A program made the position numbers and the translations under genes. From Takakia lepidozioides (taxonomy: Eukaryota > Plantae > Bryophyta), in assembly GCA_030704615.1 (NCBI GenBank), contig CM060733.1, positions 62,744,001 to 62,808,000 on the forward strand: a stretch of DNA of 64,000 nt, read 5' to 3'. Positions 21,501 through 35,454 of the stretch are shown here, in pieces. Position 1 is the first letter of the stretch, and every line of letters begins with the position of its first letter. Below the pieces are notes generated by a model. That model saw nothing but the letters and a program-made list of their open reading frames with translations, had not been told where the DNA came from and made no database searches.

Positions 21501-24500
21501 CCCTATTTGCTGCACACCCAGAGTGGGAGCAGGTTGCAGAGATGCGGCTGGAAAGCCTAAGTTGTTTGAGAGGTATCTGCTGTGGTGTAGTGACAGCAAC
21601 ACCAACTGAAGAGGAAACCAGCATTACCCATCACATTTCTATGAAGAAAGAGAAGGAGAAATAGAAATCCTAGAAGAACCAGCCACTGTGAGCTTACAGG
21701 ATGAAGTGGTGACTGGTTGGACAATCACAGCTGATGAGCAGGTGAGAGAAGTAAATGTGGGAACTAAAGAGGAACCGAGGATGGTGAAAGTAGGAGCTGA
21801 TTTGGAGCCGGAATTCTTCGAAGAAGCTAAAAGCTTGTTCATCAAATACAGAGATGTATTTGCTTGGAGCTATGAGGATCTAAAAGGGATACCACCTGAA
21901 GTCTGTTAGCATAAGATTGAACTGGAACCAGGGTCAGTACCAATCAAGCAGGCGAGGTATAGAATGAATCCCAACTACGCACAGAAGGTTGGAGAAGAGA
22001 TAAAGAAGTTGGCTGAGGCTAAGTTTATATACCCAATAGAGTATACAACTTGGTTGTCACCCATTGTAATAGTTCCCAAGAAGAATGGCAAACTAAGAGT
22101 ATGTGTGAACTATAAGAAGCTGAATGCTTGTACGAAGAAAGATCCTTTCCCTTTGCCATTCACAGAAGCAGTATTAGACACTGTGGCAGGCCATGAGATG
22201 TACTCATTCATGGATGGCTTCAGTGGTTATAATCAAGTGCAAGTGGCAGAAGAAGACCAAGGGAAAACAACATTCATCACAGACTGGGGGCTTATGCATA
22301 CAAAGTCATGCCCTTTGGACTTTGTAATGCACCAGCGACCTTTCAGAGAGTGATAAGTGAATCTTTTCATGAGTATCTGGATGATTTCATGCAGGTATTC
22401 TTGGATGATTTCAGTGTGTACAGCTCTAAGAGTGAGCACTTGCATAAATTGGAGTTATGTTTGGCCAGATGCAGGATGAGAGGTCTGGGCCTGAATCCAG
22501 AGAAGTGTACTTTCTGTGTGAACTCAGGGGTGCTTCTGGGACACATTGTGTGTAAGAAGGGACTCCTTGTGGATCCCAGAAAGACAGAGTCCATTAAAGC
22601 CTCTCCACCACCAGTGAATGTTAAAAGTCTACAAAGATTCCTTGGGCAAACCAGTTATTACAGGAGATTTGTCAAAAGGTATGCACAAATAGCAGCACCA
22701 TTGAGCAAACTACTGAAGAAAGATGCAGTGTTTGCCTGGACAGCGGAATGTCAACAGGCATTTGAGGAACTTACACTGTCAGTAACAACTACACCTGTGC
22801 TGATTAACCCTCACTGGCATGTAGTATTCCATGTTCACTGCGATGCATCAGGAGAAGCGTTGGGAGCGGTGTTAGCCCAGAATGTTACAGGGAATATAGA
22901 TTCACCTGTGTACTATGCTAGCCGGTTGATGAATAGTGCTGAGAGGAACTATAGCACAACGGAAAGAGAAGCATTGGCAATGATCTATGCAGTGAAGAAA
23001 TTCAGGTATTACCTGTTGGGCAAGAAGTTTATGTTCTATGTGGATCACCGGGCTCTGATATACCTGGTAAACAAACCTCTGATAAGCGGAAGAATAGCAA
23101 GATGGTTGATAATCTTGCACGAGTTTGAGTTCGAGGTTGTTTACAAGCCTGGAAGACTGCATCTTGTGGCGGATCATTTGTCACGATTGTCAACATGAGA
23201 ACCAGCCACAGGAATAGATGATCAATTACCAGATGCGAGTCTCTTTGCAGTGGAGGTGCAGGGAAGTGCGAATGACTGGTTAGATTGGCAGTGGCCAATC
23301 AGATACTACCTTGTTCATGGTCAGTGCCCACCTAGTTATGGTAAGGAACAGAGGAAGAGAATCGCTATCAAAGCTTTACCTTATACTATGGTAGGAAGCA
23401 GAATGTATAAGTTAGGACCTGATGGAGTACTAAAACGATGCTTGTACCACCATGAAGTGAATAAAGTTTTGGCGGAAGTTCATAAAGGAGTGGCGGGAGG
23501 TCATTTTGGAGAAGAGACTACCAGTAGAAAGATACTACTCGCAGGATACTGGTGGCCTACTTTGTTCAAAGATGTACACGAGTATTGTCAGAAGTGTGAT
23601 GAATGTCAGAGGCTAGGACCTTTGCAGAGATCTGGAAGGATGGCCTTGCATCCTACAATGCCTACGGAACCATTTCAGAAATGGGGACTAGACTTTGTTG
23701 GACCAATTAACCCACCATCCAAGAATACACGAAACAGGTACATAATTACAGCCACTGATTATACTACAAAGTGGGTGGAAGCTAAAGCTTTGAGGGACGA
23801 CACAGCCAAGTCCGCAGCAAGGTTCCTGTACGAGAACATACTTACACGATTTGGCTGTCCCTTAGAATTTATCAGTGATCAAGGAAGTCACTTCATGAAT
23901 GAGACCATTGAGTTGTTGACTAAAGAGTTTATGATTGTGCATAGAAAGAGTACAACATATTACCCACAGGGTAATGGGCAAGCAGAGGCTACCAACAAAA
24001 TACTATGTACTATCTTGGCTAAGATAGTCAATGCAAACAGAACGGATTGGGATACGAAGCTGCTGACAGCTTTGTGGTCATACAGGACTTCATATAAAGT
24101 CACCACTAAGTATACACCATTCCAATTAGTTTATGGTATGGAAGCCTTACTTCCAGTGGAATTCCTGTTACCTACCATGAGAACGGAGTGGGGAAAGAGA
24201 ATGGAATTGCAAGACTCCATCAAGGTCAGGAAACATGAATTATACCATGTGGAAGAAGTACGTGCTGATGCAGCTGATAATATGACCAGAATTCAGATGA
24301 AGCGAAAGGAACAGTTTGATGAAGGCAAGTTAAAGACTTTTAAGACGGGGGATTTGGTTCTATGGTTGCAGAAGAAAGGAAAGATTCAAGCTTCTAAGCT
24401 TAAATCACCATGGAAAGGACCTTATGTCATACAAAAAATGTATGATAACAACACCGCCATGTTACAAACCATTAACAAAGAAATGCTGGGAAGAGTCAAT

Positions 24501-25622
24501 GCAAATAAGTTGAAGGGGTACAGTGGTATCCATGACAAACCCTTGCAACATGATTTGCATGTTGAACCGCAAGAGCAGTCACGGGCTGCACCAGTGTTAC
24601 GAACGGAGTATGGAGCACTTGTCGTTAGGCCCAGCATATATGACCAGGGTGGGCAAAACAAACGTGACACATCCTATCACAGCCCATCAAGGCAAAGCAC
24701 AGCCTATCACAGCCCAGCACGGCGCAACACAGCCTATCACAGCCCATCACGACGTGACACAGCCTATCACAGCCCATCACAACGTGACACAGCCTATCAC
24801 AGCCCATCACAACGTGACACAGCCTATCACAGCCCAGCACGGCGCAACACAGCCTATCACAACCTACCACAGCGTGTCACAGCCTATCACAGCTTACCAC
24901 AGTGCATCACAGCCTATCACAGCGTAACACAGTATGACACAGCCTGTCACAGCTCAACACAGCCTACTAAAGTTACACGATCCATAGAATCAGTGACAAG
25001 TGGACGCATAATAACTTCAGGAAAATGGCTGACGGAAGAGGAAACGGAAATTACTTTAAAAATAGACACGTGGAGGTCAGGGCACGACACACAGCCGAGA
25101 AGGAAGTGCAAGAACAGGTGTCAAAAAGAAAGAGGACAAGAACGGCCGTCAAAAGGGATGAAAGGCGGGCCCATTAATGAGTACGGAAAAAGGGAAACGG
25201 AACGAACGGCAAGTACAGAAAAGCGGAATTCTTGTCACATGTGTGATCCTAGTGGACTATCCAACAGGGAAAGTCCACTAAAGAAGATAAAATCTAAAAT
25301 CCAGTCACAGCGGATACAGCCAATAGAAAACCAGAGAAAGGATCAAGAAAATGGAGGGAAATTGAGCGCAAGAGGCGGCGTCGTTCTGAGTAACGGGCGT
25401 CTCGACAGGACAGACCATCAATGCTATACCTTGGAAACTATGGAGGAACTAACAGACTATACGCTCGCAATATTACTTACGCAGTGGCATAGACATGAAA
25501 GGACAGAGCGGAGCTTTTCTCTTGAGCGATGCTTGCAAGCCCCGCAGGCTTACAAGAAATTACCCATAGCTTTCTGCGGCAACCATACGTTTATGCTTTG
25601 TGCACTACAGGCATTCCTATAG
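18528..25622 (+). pseudogene. gag-pol of copy 2 (frameshifts and stops)
   Basis: gag with three CCHC knuckles, protease LIDGGSG, RT, RH and INT. Stops at ~20440, ~21907 and ~23196, plus several frameshifts. Confidence 0.92.
24661..24960 (+). repeat. 30-bp coding tandem repeat (~10 x TAYHSPsrrD) in the integrase tail
   Basis: The ACAGCCTATCACAGCCC core recurs at a 30-nt period. There are ~5 units in copy 3 and ~2 in copy 1. Confidence 0.92.
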
Positions 25623-25962
25623 TTGTTACAGCCAAAACAGTTCGGTGAGTCTAAAATGAAGAGAGTGAGAGGCATGGAGGAAATCAGGGTGAAGAGCACC
25701 ACGATTCTGCAGAAACAAACAATTGCTACCCCACAGGCGATACAGTTACTGGAGGAGCTGAGATTGCAAGGATTGCAAAGCCTAGATTGGACATTACACC
25801 ATAGACAATACATGTTACAATTTTTGCAGAACTTTGAGCCAAGCACAGGAACAACAACAGTGAAGGGAGTTGAATTGATGATTACTCCCCTATACCTCCA
25901 GCAATTGTTTCGATTGCCAGCAGGTCAGGTGCATGTGGAGGAACACAGGGCAAGACTGCAAA

Positions 25963-26443
25963 CAGCTCTCATCTCTTTTGTCAGACTTCAACCCAAATAC
26001 CCCAACATCCCTCTTTTCCCTTCAACTGTGGAACGCAGTTGTTCAGATCCTGATCCCATAGTGAAGTCACCTTATCATTTCCATGTTTTTTTGCAACTCC
26101 AGCTAACTATCATTGATCTCTCCAAACAAACAAGCCAGATCTACATTGGTTCCAGGTTATCACTACACACGGCAGCATGGTGTCCAGGTTTATGACACTC
26201 AATCAAAATGCAAAAATGAAGACAACAGTGACCATTCTGAATTCAGTGACGAACAGGCTCTCTCTTTCTCTCTCTCTTCACTTATTTCTCTCACTGTCAT
26301 CACAACATCAGGTGCATCCATCCTTTCCACGTTCTGGTCTGAAGTCCAGAGTCTCCATTCCCATTTCAAAAACTTTTTCTTGTCACATGTCTCTACCTTC
26401 TTTCTTCTGCCAAGATGGCAGTCCTAAATCTACCAAAGCAAGT
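25963..26443. other. ~480-bp non-element filler at the inversion junction
   Basis: Absent from copy 3 and flanked by the two broken element ends. Confidence 0.75.
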
Positions 26444-26873
26444 TCAATTCCCCGTTTCTCCCTTTATCTTCCTATCCGCGGTTCTAACCGTTTCCCTCAC
26501 TAACCGTGTCTGTGAACTAACATGTTCCCTTCGCAGGTGTTGTTCCCCACAGTCATTCCCTGTCCTACTCTTCGTTCCCTATGATCGTGACAGCTGTGTC
26601 AAGCTGTGACTGGCTGTGTGAAACTGTGACGGGCTGTGACTGGCTGTGCGACTGTGTTTGGCTGTGTCGGGCTGTGTCGGCTGTGTCGGCTGTGACGACT
26701 GTGACGGGCTGTGTTGGCTGTGTCGGCTGTGACGACTGTGACGGGCTGTGTAACCCCCCTCTACAGTGCGCTGTTGTCATCCCTAAGGCTCCTGTTGGTC
26801 TCAGTCTGTGCAAAAATTAAGGGTACCCTACAGATCCCGTATAAGTGTCTAAGTCCCCGACAGTCCTCTAACA
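26444..26873 (-). repeat. Inverted 5' half of the 3' LTR of copy 2 (PPT at 26874-26890)
   Basis: Reverse complement of 16982-~17440, preceded on the minus strand by GAGGGGGAAGGGGTAA. Confidence 0.92.
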
Positions 26874-26966
26874 TTACCCCTTCCCCCTCAAAAGCCGTGT
26901 CCTCACGGTTTACTGATTTCGACTAGCAAACCTTTGTGAGTGAGCACCTTCTTGACGTTGAGAGTT

Positions 26967-29815
26967 TCATGGCGGACTGTGTGTACGAGCCCAAGGTCTG
27001 TCTCTGGTTGACGGAGATGGTTGATCACTACCTGGATAAGTGAGGCCCTCTGGAGGCTGATATCGAGGTAACCTTTCCGGCATAGGAGACCCCCTTCGCT
27101 TCTTCTCTGCCATCTGAACTGCATAGTCTTCTCCCATGTCAAAAGAATTCGGTGAAGAAACAGTTGTATCAGAATCCTCATCGCCTCTCAGGTGTTTTAA
27201 TTTTCGAACTTTTTGTGGAATCATCTGGGGCATACAATGCTGTCCTACCATGTCTGGAAGTTTGTATTTTACAACTTGGTGTAACCGCTGAACAGCAAAA
27301 TTGGTGTAGACACTGAGCTCCTTGTCTGTCCAGGTGAGTGGGGTACCAATTACTGGTGCAGCGTGCAAGTATTTCCATGCCACATGTCCCTTATAGAAAA
27401 TGTCATCAATGCCGAATTTCTGTGTTGACAAATGGTTCCAGGCCGCTTGAAACCATGAACGAATTTGAGAATCCTTTTGCATCATAACTTTTGGGTCATA
27501 TAGGTACATATGAGGTGGCATCGAAGGTAATACCCAATGATCTCCACTGGAATAACTCAGAAAGCGTGTTTGCATCTTTTGTTGCTCAATGTGGTAACGT
27601 ACCAGAAAACAAGCAGCGTAGTATAACCCGCACCCCATGACAATACTTGCTACCTCCTTGGTCTTGGTATAAATGAGTCCATGTACAACCTGGAAAGCAA
27701 TCAATTCCCTCAACATGGTACCTGCTTCGTGCCAGTATTGTGCAAAGTGATGATCTTCAATATGTCGATTGTTCGGAAGAACTTTAGTCCTAGTTGCCAC
27801 TGGCAGCCATATACGCATGATTTGGTAGTAATGTGCGAATGACTGCGGAGGACTAAATTCTTTCCAAGCCAAATCCAACATGATGGGAATTTGGTTGAAG
27901 GGCATAATCATAGCCCTACTGTACTCCCTGGCAGCTGGAGTTTTAGGTGGGTTAAAAGCGGCATTGCCCCATACCTCCGGCTGTGGTGGCTGTGGTGTGG
28001 TTGTAGTAACCACAGGTTCAGCTATTGGTACAGTGACTTGTTGTGGTGGTGGTGGTACTGGCTCTTGTATCATTGGCATCTCCTGCACCTCCTGTGAAGA
28101 CTGAAAAGCCAAAGTTCTGGCTTGTAAATAAGAAGCCATTAGCTGTTCCTGAGGGATATAGACTCTTTTGTCGATGTTTGAAGTGAGGTCTTCCACTTGA
28201 GTCTGCAGTCCGTCTACATCCTCTTGTAACTCTGCTATCCTACTATAGACATTGTCTATAGTAGTTGTGGCAATGTTCTGCACCTGCAGCCTGAGCTCAT
28301 TCATCTCGCTTTGGGTGAGCTTCCGTGGTGCTTTGCCCTCTACTGGCCCTTGGGCTAACCAGACCTGCATAAGGCTATTATCCACCAAGTTGCTTGTGGT
28401 TCCCCTGAGAGTTTGCTCCTCTCTTAGCTTGTACAATTCCAACTGCTGTTGTAAAGCCTCCATGCGCTTCGCCTGAGGTTCAACCAATTGCGCATAAGCA
28501 GCAAGTAGATTATTGGCTTCCTTCCAAGCCTTGTTATTGACCGCGATTTCATTTCTATTGGCCATGATGGTTTGTTGCAACTCCACGATGTGCTTCTCTT
28601 GATCAGCTTCAATCTGCCTGTATTGCTTGAAAGTATCTTCATTGCGACAGATTGTATTCTTCATATCGACAATGAGCTTCATTTGCTCAACATTCTCTTC
28701 TTCCGCCTTCGTACATTTTTCCGCTTGACTGTTTATTTCTTTTGTAGATTGGTCAAGCATAGTTGTGAATGTAGCACATTGTATCGCCATCCTGTTATGC
28801 ACTGTCTGCAACTCCGTATGTAGTGCATTCACTTCTTGCAACTTGCTTTCATGCTGCACCTGCATTTGGTATAGCTGTTGCTTATGTGCTTCGTGCAACT
28901 GGTCTTGCGCGAGGCCTGCCTCAATCAATTGTTCCTTGGCCAATTGCAAAGCCATTTCTGTATTTCCCAAGTCCTGCTTCATCTTGAGAGTGACCTCTTC
29001 ATCGACCTTGTTTGCACACTCAGTGGCTAGTCGAGCCTCAAACTCCTTCCTGAGTTCCTCTCTCAAGGCTGTCAATTGGGTAATTGGAACATGGGATTTG
29101 ACATAAGTCCCCAACAAATTAAGTGTCCTGCCTATGGAACTCATCAGCATTGCCTGTTGAGGGTCATCATGGTGAGGTTGCTGCTGTTCCTCCTGATCTT
29201 CAACAGTGTGATGTCTCACTAACCATTCAGGCCATTGTCCCACCGGATTTTCTTCCTGAACTACTTCATCTATCACCGGTGCTACAGTGTCATGACCTTC
29301 CGCCTGTGGTACCTCCGACACAGGTGTGTGTATTATATGCACCTCAGGATTTCCCTTGGGCAACTGTTGCACCTCTGGGATTTCTGTCTCCTTGACCAGA
29401 CCAGAATATTCATAGAGAAGGTCCCCTTCTCTATTTCTGCCACTATCTGTTCTGTAGTTGGAATATCTAACCCTTCTCTTTCCAAATCAATTATTTCTGG
29501 TTGAGCTGCATGGATAACTTGTGACCTTGTGACAAGTCGTTCAGGTGGCTGTGATGGTTGTGATACAGAAGTAACTTCCTCCTCCCTCTCTGAAGGTCCT
29601 GCTTCCAGTAATAACATTTCTCTGTGCTGCTGTGCCCCTTCCTGGCCATGAGCTTGGGAAACATTATCATGCGGAATCTGTGAAGCCAGTGGATCCGCCA
29701 CCACAGTCTTTCCCCGTCTCTGCCTCTTAGTCTCAGGTTGCCCTGCTAGTCCACCCTCACTGTGTGAAGAGCCTTGCTCTTCCATTGCAGTTGTTGCTGG
29801 CTCAAACACTCCCAT
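26967..29815 (-). CDS. Large 3' extra ORF of family B (coiled-coil protein; one frameshift near 29370-29430), within the inverted segment
   Basis: 801-aa and 160-aa ORFs with a long Q/E/L heptad region; near-identical to 46379-48991. Confidence 0.8.
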
Positions 29816-30136
29816 TTCCTTTCATTCTTGCGCATTAAGTATGCCAGAATCAAGGATTATTTGAGCAATGATTGGGCCAGACACTATTATAGGAGACTTT
29901 GCGGTAGTACCTTGTAATCTTTTCATCTCCTCTACCAGTGCGTTGTACATTATGTCCGCCCATTATACCTCTTGTCCCTTCAGGCCTTTGAGTATTTCCT
30001 CCGTGAAGGATCTGCTCAAATATGTTGGTTCTGTTTCATGGCAATCAGAACATTCAATACCTGGCCTATCTCTTTTAGCCCTGGGTACACAGCCTTGGTA
30101 CAAGCATAACCCTGAGTTTTAAAGAAACTCCCTTCT

Positions 30137-30591
30137 CTTGGTGATAGAGGAGAGGGGATCGGGCAGAGATGAAGAACGGAAGTGAAGATAGAGAGATGAT
30201 GAGTAGATGCTTGATATATGCAAGGCTGTAATGATATTGTAGAGGAGATTAGAGACACAATGGCTTCGGCCTGATACCTGATAAATCATAATCGGATACT
30301 TTTACGATACAATCACACTGTGTAGAGAGATCTGAGTGAAGTTGTGGAATGAATGGATGAGTTGATGGAATCCAATAGATTGATAAAGCAAACTGATACT
30401 TAATTATCAATGGTAAGATAGTTAACATGAATACCGAAAGGGAAACAAATAGGAAACACCCCATGATACACTAGCTGTAGGTCATGACTGATTGTTCTGC
30501 GCGGGCTGAGTACTTAGAGATTTCCAACTCTTCAATCTTGGAGTTTCCGCCTCGAATAGCGAAGGGATGGGTGAGTAAAAGCCGTGCGACA
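30137..30591 (+). repeat. 3' half of the 3' LTR of copy 2
   Basis: Matches 17465-17919. Confidence 0.92.
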
Positions 30592-31269
30592 ACATAAAAG
30601 GCAATGATCTTGAAAGCGCCTTTCATTCAGTACCTCGGTTGAAAAGAGCAGAATGTGCCACTGAGGTGATTTGAGGCTCAAATCTTGTTACAAAGTTGTG
30701 TGTAGTATTATCTTCTCTCCCTTCTGCTCCAATGCTCCCTTTAAATTAAAAAGTCTGTTTTGTACCAGCTCCTGGGTGTCTCCCTTTTATTTGGTTTTTT
30801 TTTAAAATAATCTTACAGAGATCAATTCTTCAACATCTAGGGTAAGGGTCCCTATTATTGCCCATTTCATTAATCCATACTCAAGATTTCCCCATGAATT
30901 ATTTGAGGTGAGGCTTCAAGTCTTGGAAGACGACACAAGGTCCCTCCCTCTTCATCCAACGCCAATTACTTATCTCAAGGCAAGGGTGCCATCCTCCAGC
31001 AACGTCTCTAGCTTATGAACAAATGAAGGACAAGGAGGACGAGTCCAAACCACTATGAAGTTTTCAACTAGTTCTTTCAAGTCCTAAACATTGCTTGACA
31101 TTCTTAATGCAGAGTTCATACACAGCAAGATCGAATAATTTTCTTCGACCTCTTTTTTTTGCATCATCACCCTTAAATCACCTTATACACATGCTCCGAT
31201 GAGTGCAAATAACATTGACAAAGCAAAAACATTTGGTGTGAATCCACTGTAGATAATGTGAGTGTGCAC

Positions 31270-31430
31270 CTATTTTCCAGCTTCCAGACCTTGAATCATC
31301 TTGATGCACTTAAGCAAGAGACAGACATACGTACCTGAATGTGCTGAAATGCCTCCTTGGTTTAAAGTTTGTAGAGCCTCTATCAGTCTGCCTGCCTCAC
31401 AAAGCATCTTCACATGCCCAAAAGTGCCAG
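31270..31430 (-). pseudogene. PLS-class PPR gene N-terminal fragment
   Basis: VKMLCEAGRLIEALQTL..TYVCLLLKC..LEAGK is typical of the first PPR motifs; it then stops. Confidence 0.6.
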
Positions 31431-31499
31431 AAGAGGCATTGTGGACTCCCTCTCTTGATCCTCTTTCAGAAGCTGTGGTCATGGTTGAGGTGCCTGATT

Positions 31500-33150
31500 T
31501 ACCAACTGTGCCGCTGCAGCTGCTGCCTTTAGTTGACCATCTACCCATGTAGGTTTCTTGTGGCTATTGATCCATAGGGAATCATAGGTAATCTTGAGCT
31601 TCAAATCTGGCCCTCTTGGATGAATCTAGACCCACACTCTATGGACCTACACCTTCAGTTATCCTGCCTCTCCACAAATAGTGCATTCATCCTTGCCTTG
31701 CTGCTAGCAGCTAACAATGACAGCCTAGATTTGTTCTAGGAAATACCCAACTCAGCTTATTACACTAGTTCCTATGCTCAATTGCATCTGCTATTCTCTG
31801 TAATCCCATAGGCATTCACCTTTTTGCCTCGATTGTCCCACCATTGATGACAGCTTCTCCTCGTCTCTGTTACTTGTTTCTGGATACTTTCCTGTTGTCA
31901 CATTGGCCGTATCATGTCAGTCACTCCAAACTATAAAAGGTTCACTCAACCAGCTAACTTGCAGAATTCAACATGAAAATTTAAGGACGACTCTGATAAC
32001 AGGGAAAAATAGGCTGAAATGTGTTGAAGTGCCTTGTTCTATCAATTGTGCTGCTGCCGCTTTTGTTTCCAGTTGACCATCTACCCATGCAGATTTCTTG
32101 TAGCTATTAATCCACAGGGAATCAGAAGTAATCTTATGTTTGAAACCCGGTCCTCTTGGATGAATCTAGACCTCTGTCCCTAGTCCTTCAGCTATTCCTG
32201 CCTATGTAGAAAATCATGAATACATCTCAGCCTTGCTGCTAGCAGCTGACTGACGGCGTGAAGTTCTTCCAGCAAACCCTAACCCTAATGATGAGAAGGC
32301 AAAACAGACTGCCAAAAGTTTGAAAAAGAAGGTGCTCACCACATTGTCCTTGACCTTGTGTCATGACACATGGAGGATTTAACCGACCATCAACCCAAAA
32401 TGACCTCGTGTGTGTTGCTTGTGTCTGTAGTCAGGTAATGTCAGATTGGTCAGACTGGACAAGTGTTCATTCCACCGCTTCTCCTCATTCTGTTATCTGT
32501 TTTTAGATACTTTCCTGCTACCACATCGGCAGAAACTTGTCAAGTCACCCCAAACCACCCACAGATCCACCCAATGAGCTAACTTACAACATTCAATATG
32601 CATCTCAAGGCCGAGTCTGATGAGAGGGCAAAACAGGCTGAAATATGTGGAAGAAGAAGGTGCCCTCACCACATTTCCTCGACCTTGTGTCATGACCCAT
32701 GGAGGATTTGACTGACCATGAACCCTCTTGTGTGTGTTGCTTGTGTCTAAGTCAGGTAATGTCGAATTGGTCTGTGAGAACCACCACGGTGCAGCTAAGC
32801 GGGCAGAGATTGAAACACAGCCTGCTAAGACCAAGCTGACTCTCCCAAGAACCTTGTAAACATCAGGAAGAATACCAAATCATTGTAGTAACAGGAGCCA
32901 AGAGCCCACCTTTGCAGGATGGACAACACACCTTGTGATTGCGGTTGTCCCACCATCGTGAAGGATCTTTATAAAACTCATGCTAGCTCACATCATGAAC
33001 GAGCTAAATTGCAGAACTCTACATGAAATTTTAGGGACGACTCTGATAACAGGGCAAAACAGGGTGAAATGTGCTGAAGAAGGTACCTTCATGAGCAGCG
33101 AATTGTTTTATCAATTGTGTTGCTGCCACTTCTGTTTCCAGGATGGCATC
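31500..33150. repeat. Diverged local segmental duplications
   Basis: ~31520-31720 resembles ~32050-32250; ~32325-32450 resembles ~32655-32770; ~31955-32060 resembles ~33000-33130. Confidence 0.7.
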
Positions 33151-34769
33151 TGGTACAATTCCAGCTTTGACAATGTCACTATGGACCTCTTTCCTCTTTT
33201 CCAGAGCTCCCAGCTATGCGTAAGGAAGGCTGACAAGGAGTGGTCAACGAGGACATCTCAATAGCTGCTTGTTGGTCTGAAACCCCAGGATGGGATCAGC
33301 AGGGTTTGTACCCACCCCTTCTCTCTTATCCTACACAGTACAGAGAACAGTGCTTGTTTCTGTGATTAATTCAGGCCTGGCACTCACAAAAACTATTCTG
33401 AATTGGGGAGTCATACAACCATGACACCGCTAATCAGATGGAGGACACTTCAACATTGGATTCGGCAGACCAAAACAGTTACATGAGGGAATGAGTTCAT
33501 ATATGTGACTGCTCCGCATAGTACGCAGCCCTGCCAGGCATGGCCCAGACCTGCAATACATTCACTCGATAACCGTTACACATCCTAAAAAAGAAACTGA
33601 ACTCCTAAACATACAAAACTATTAGAGAGGCCAAATTAGCAAACACCATGGGCAGACATGGTCCATACAAGAGAGGGCCAAACATTTCAGCCCACTATAC
33701 AATCCATCACTCATTCCAGGCAGGTAACACACATGAAAGAAAACACACACAAGGATCATTAAGGACCAATTTTGAAAGGGAATGATTAAATATACATACC
33801 TGAGTCGAGAATATGTAGACATGTATAGCAGCAACATGTGCAGCAAGTGTTTGGAAGCCATGACCATGCTGCATAAATCTGACTTAGTGAGTAGCCTCAG
33901 TTAACCCACTGGATGTCACCAAAGGCAAGATTGGACTTTCAAAAATGAGGCATGCTGCGAATTTTAAGTTCCAAGCTATGCAGACCAATTTCAACTCCCC
34001 TAAAAACACCAAAGCACCCTATGTCTAATCATGGAAAACCTGGATTTCGTACCACAGATTTATGATGGCTAGAAAAAACAGGCAGTTAAGATCAAACCCA
34101 CCACTGAATTTGTTAGGTCAAACCAAATATTGCTTGTTTTGAAAACCAAAAAAGGAAAAAAGGTACCCCCTAAAACACTAAGTCTGGAGAATTGAACAAC
34201 AAAATCAATAGACTGGGGAGCAGTCTACTTGCCCAAGAATTAGAAAAGTCTTTTCTGATGAAGATTGCGTTTGTGGGGAGTTTGGTCCACAGCTCTGTGA
34301 AAGTATGAGTGTAATCCACGCATCCGCAGCAGGTCTAACAGCGGCAACACGGACAACCCATTGAACGGATGTGGTTGAAGCCCCTCTTTTCCCCCATGTG
34401 CAGAGACACATTAGACGAATAGTAGCAGTTCCTCCGGTAGCACCTTCCACAGTCTCGGATCCATTGCACGCTAACCCACAGTCTGAAGGAACTTAGAAAC
34501 AAAGCACAACCCTCCGAGAGAATGCAGTAGTTAAGGAAATGTTTGCTCAATCCCTGAGCGTTGTGACCTAAAACCATCCAAAGGCGAAGAAAGTCTCTCG
34601 TGCTTTGACGGCGTAGCACCGAGCTTTGCCGTTGTGTCAGTTGATAGAGAATGGAAGGCGAACAGAAACCGGAAGGTGAGCTAGAGAGAGAGAGTCTAGA
34701 GAGATCCTTGAAGCTGGATTCTGTTTAAGTACTCATACGTCAACTGCGTGGATTCAAAGTGCGTAGGCC

Positions 34770-35260
34770 AAAAGAGATGTGCCATTTTCCAGGGTTGCCA
34801 GGCTTACGCATGCATTGCAAATGCAATCAAACGTGATGTGGTCGGGCTTTACCCCTTCCGCCATCATTTGATCGTAGGTCTCCAAAGCCTCCTTCCCGCG
34901 GCCTTGCTGTGCATACCCCGTAAGCATCGTTCAGCCCTGTTGCAAACTCCCTTCACATCCTCGATGCACCCACATTTCACATACATGTCCACGAGGGTGA
35001 TATTGCAAACTTAAACGAATGTGACCCGGTCCGGCTTCACCCCTTCCCGCATTATTTGCTCATACGTCTCTGAAGCCTCTATACCACGCCCCCACTATGC
35101 ATATCCTCGCCCTTCCTACATCATTTGCTTAAGAATAAGCTCAAGAAAGCTGCATCAGTGCTCAAGAATAGGTCGCAAAGCCTTAACCCCACGCCCCTGC
35201 ATTGCATATCCTGCAATCATCCCGTTCCATGGCATAAGTTCTCCCTGTTTCGGCTCGATA
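34770..35260 (-). pseudogene. PLS-class PPR pseudogene fragments
   Basis: My minus-strand translation gives WNGMIAGYAMQGRG, YEQIMREGVKPDRVTF and LTGYAQQGRGKEALETYDQMMAEGVKPDHITFDCICNAC, interrupted by deletions and stops. Confidence 0.8.
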
Positions 35261-35454
35261 CTACGAAAACATATGGTAGCGCGGGAGACAAAAAGAGGCT
35301 AAGTCCCAGCCCTCTGTGTTCACGGCTGAACGTGGCCAACCCTAAAGCAATTTTTTGAATTTTTTAACTTTTTGCACTTTGTGTCATTCCATTGACACAA
35401 GTGCTTTGTTAAAAATAGATGGATGAACCCATTCATGTATATGCCTTAAGATGC

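Larger units (their letters stand above)
16982..30591 (+). mobile_element. Family B Ty3/gypsy copy 2, full length with internal inversion
   Basis: TG...CA ends and a 5-bp TSD ACATA (16977-16981 and 30592-30596). PBS, gag-pol and extra ORFs are present. Confidence 0.95.

Noticed and set aside
26967-29372. Antisense captured host gene (myosin/SMC-like) or env
   Set aside because: Its orientation results from the local inversion, it is sense in copy 3, coiled-coil similarity is non-specific, and there is no clear transmembrane segment.
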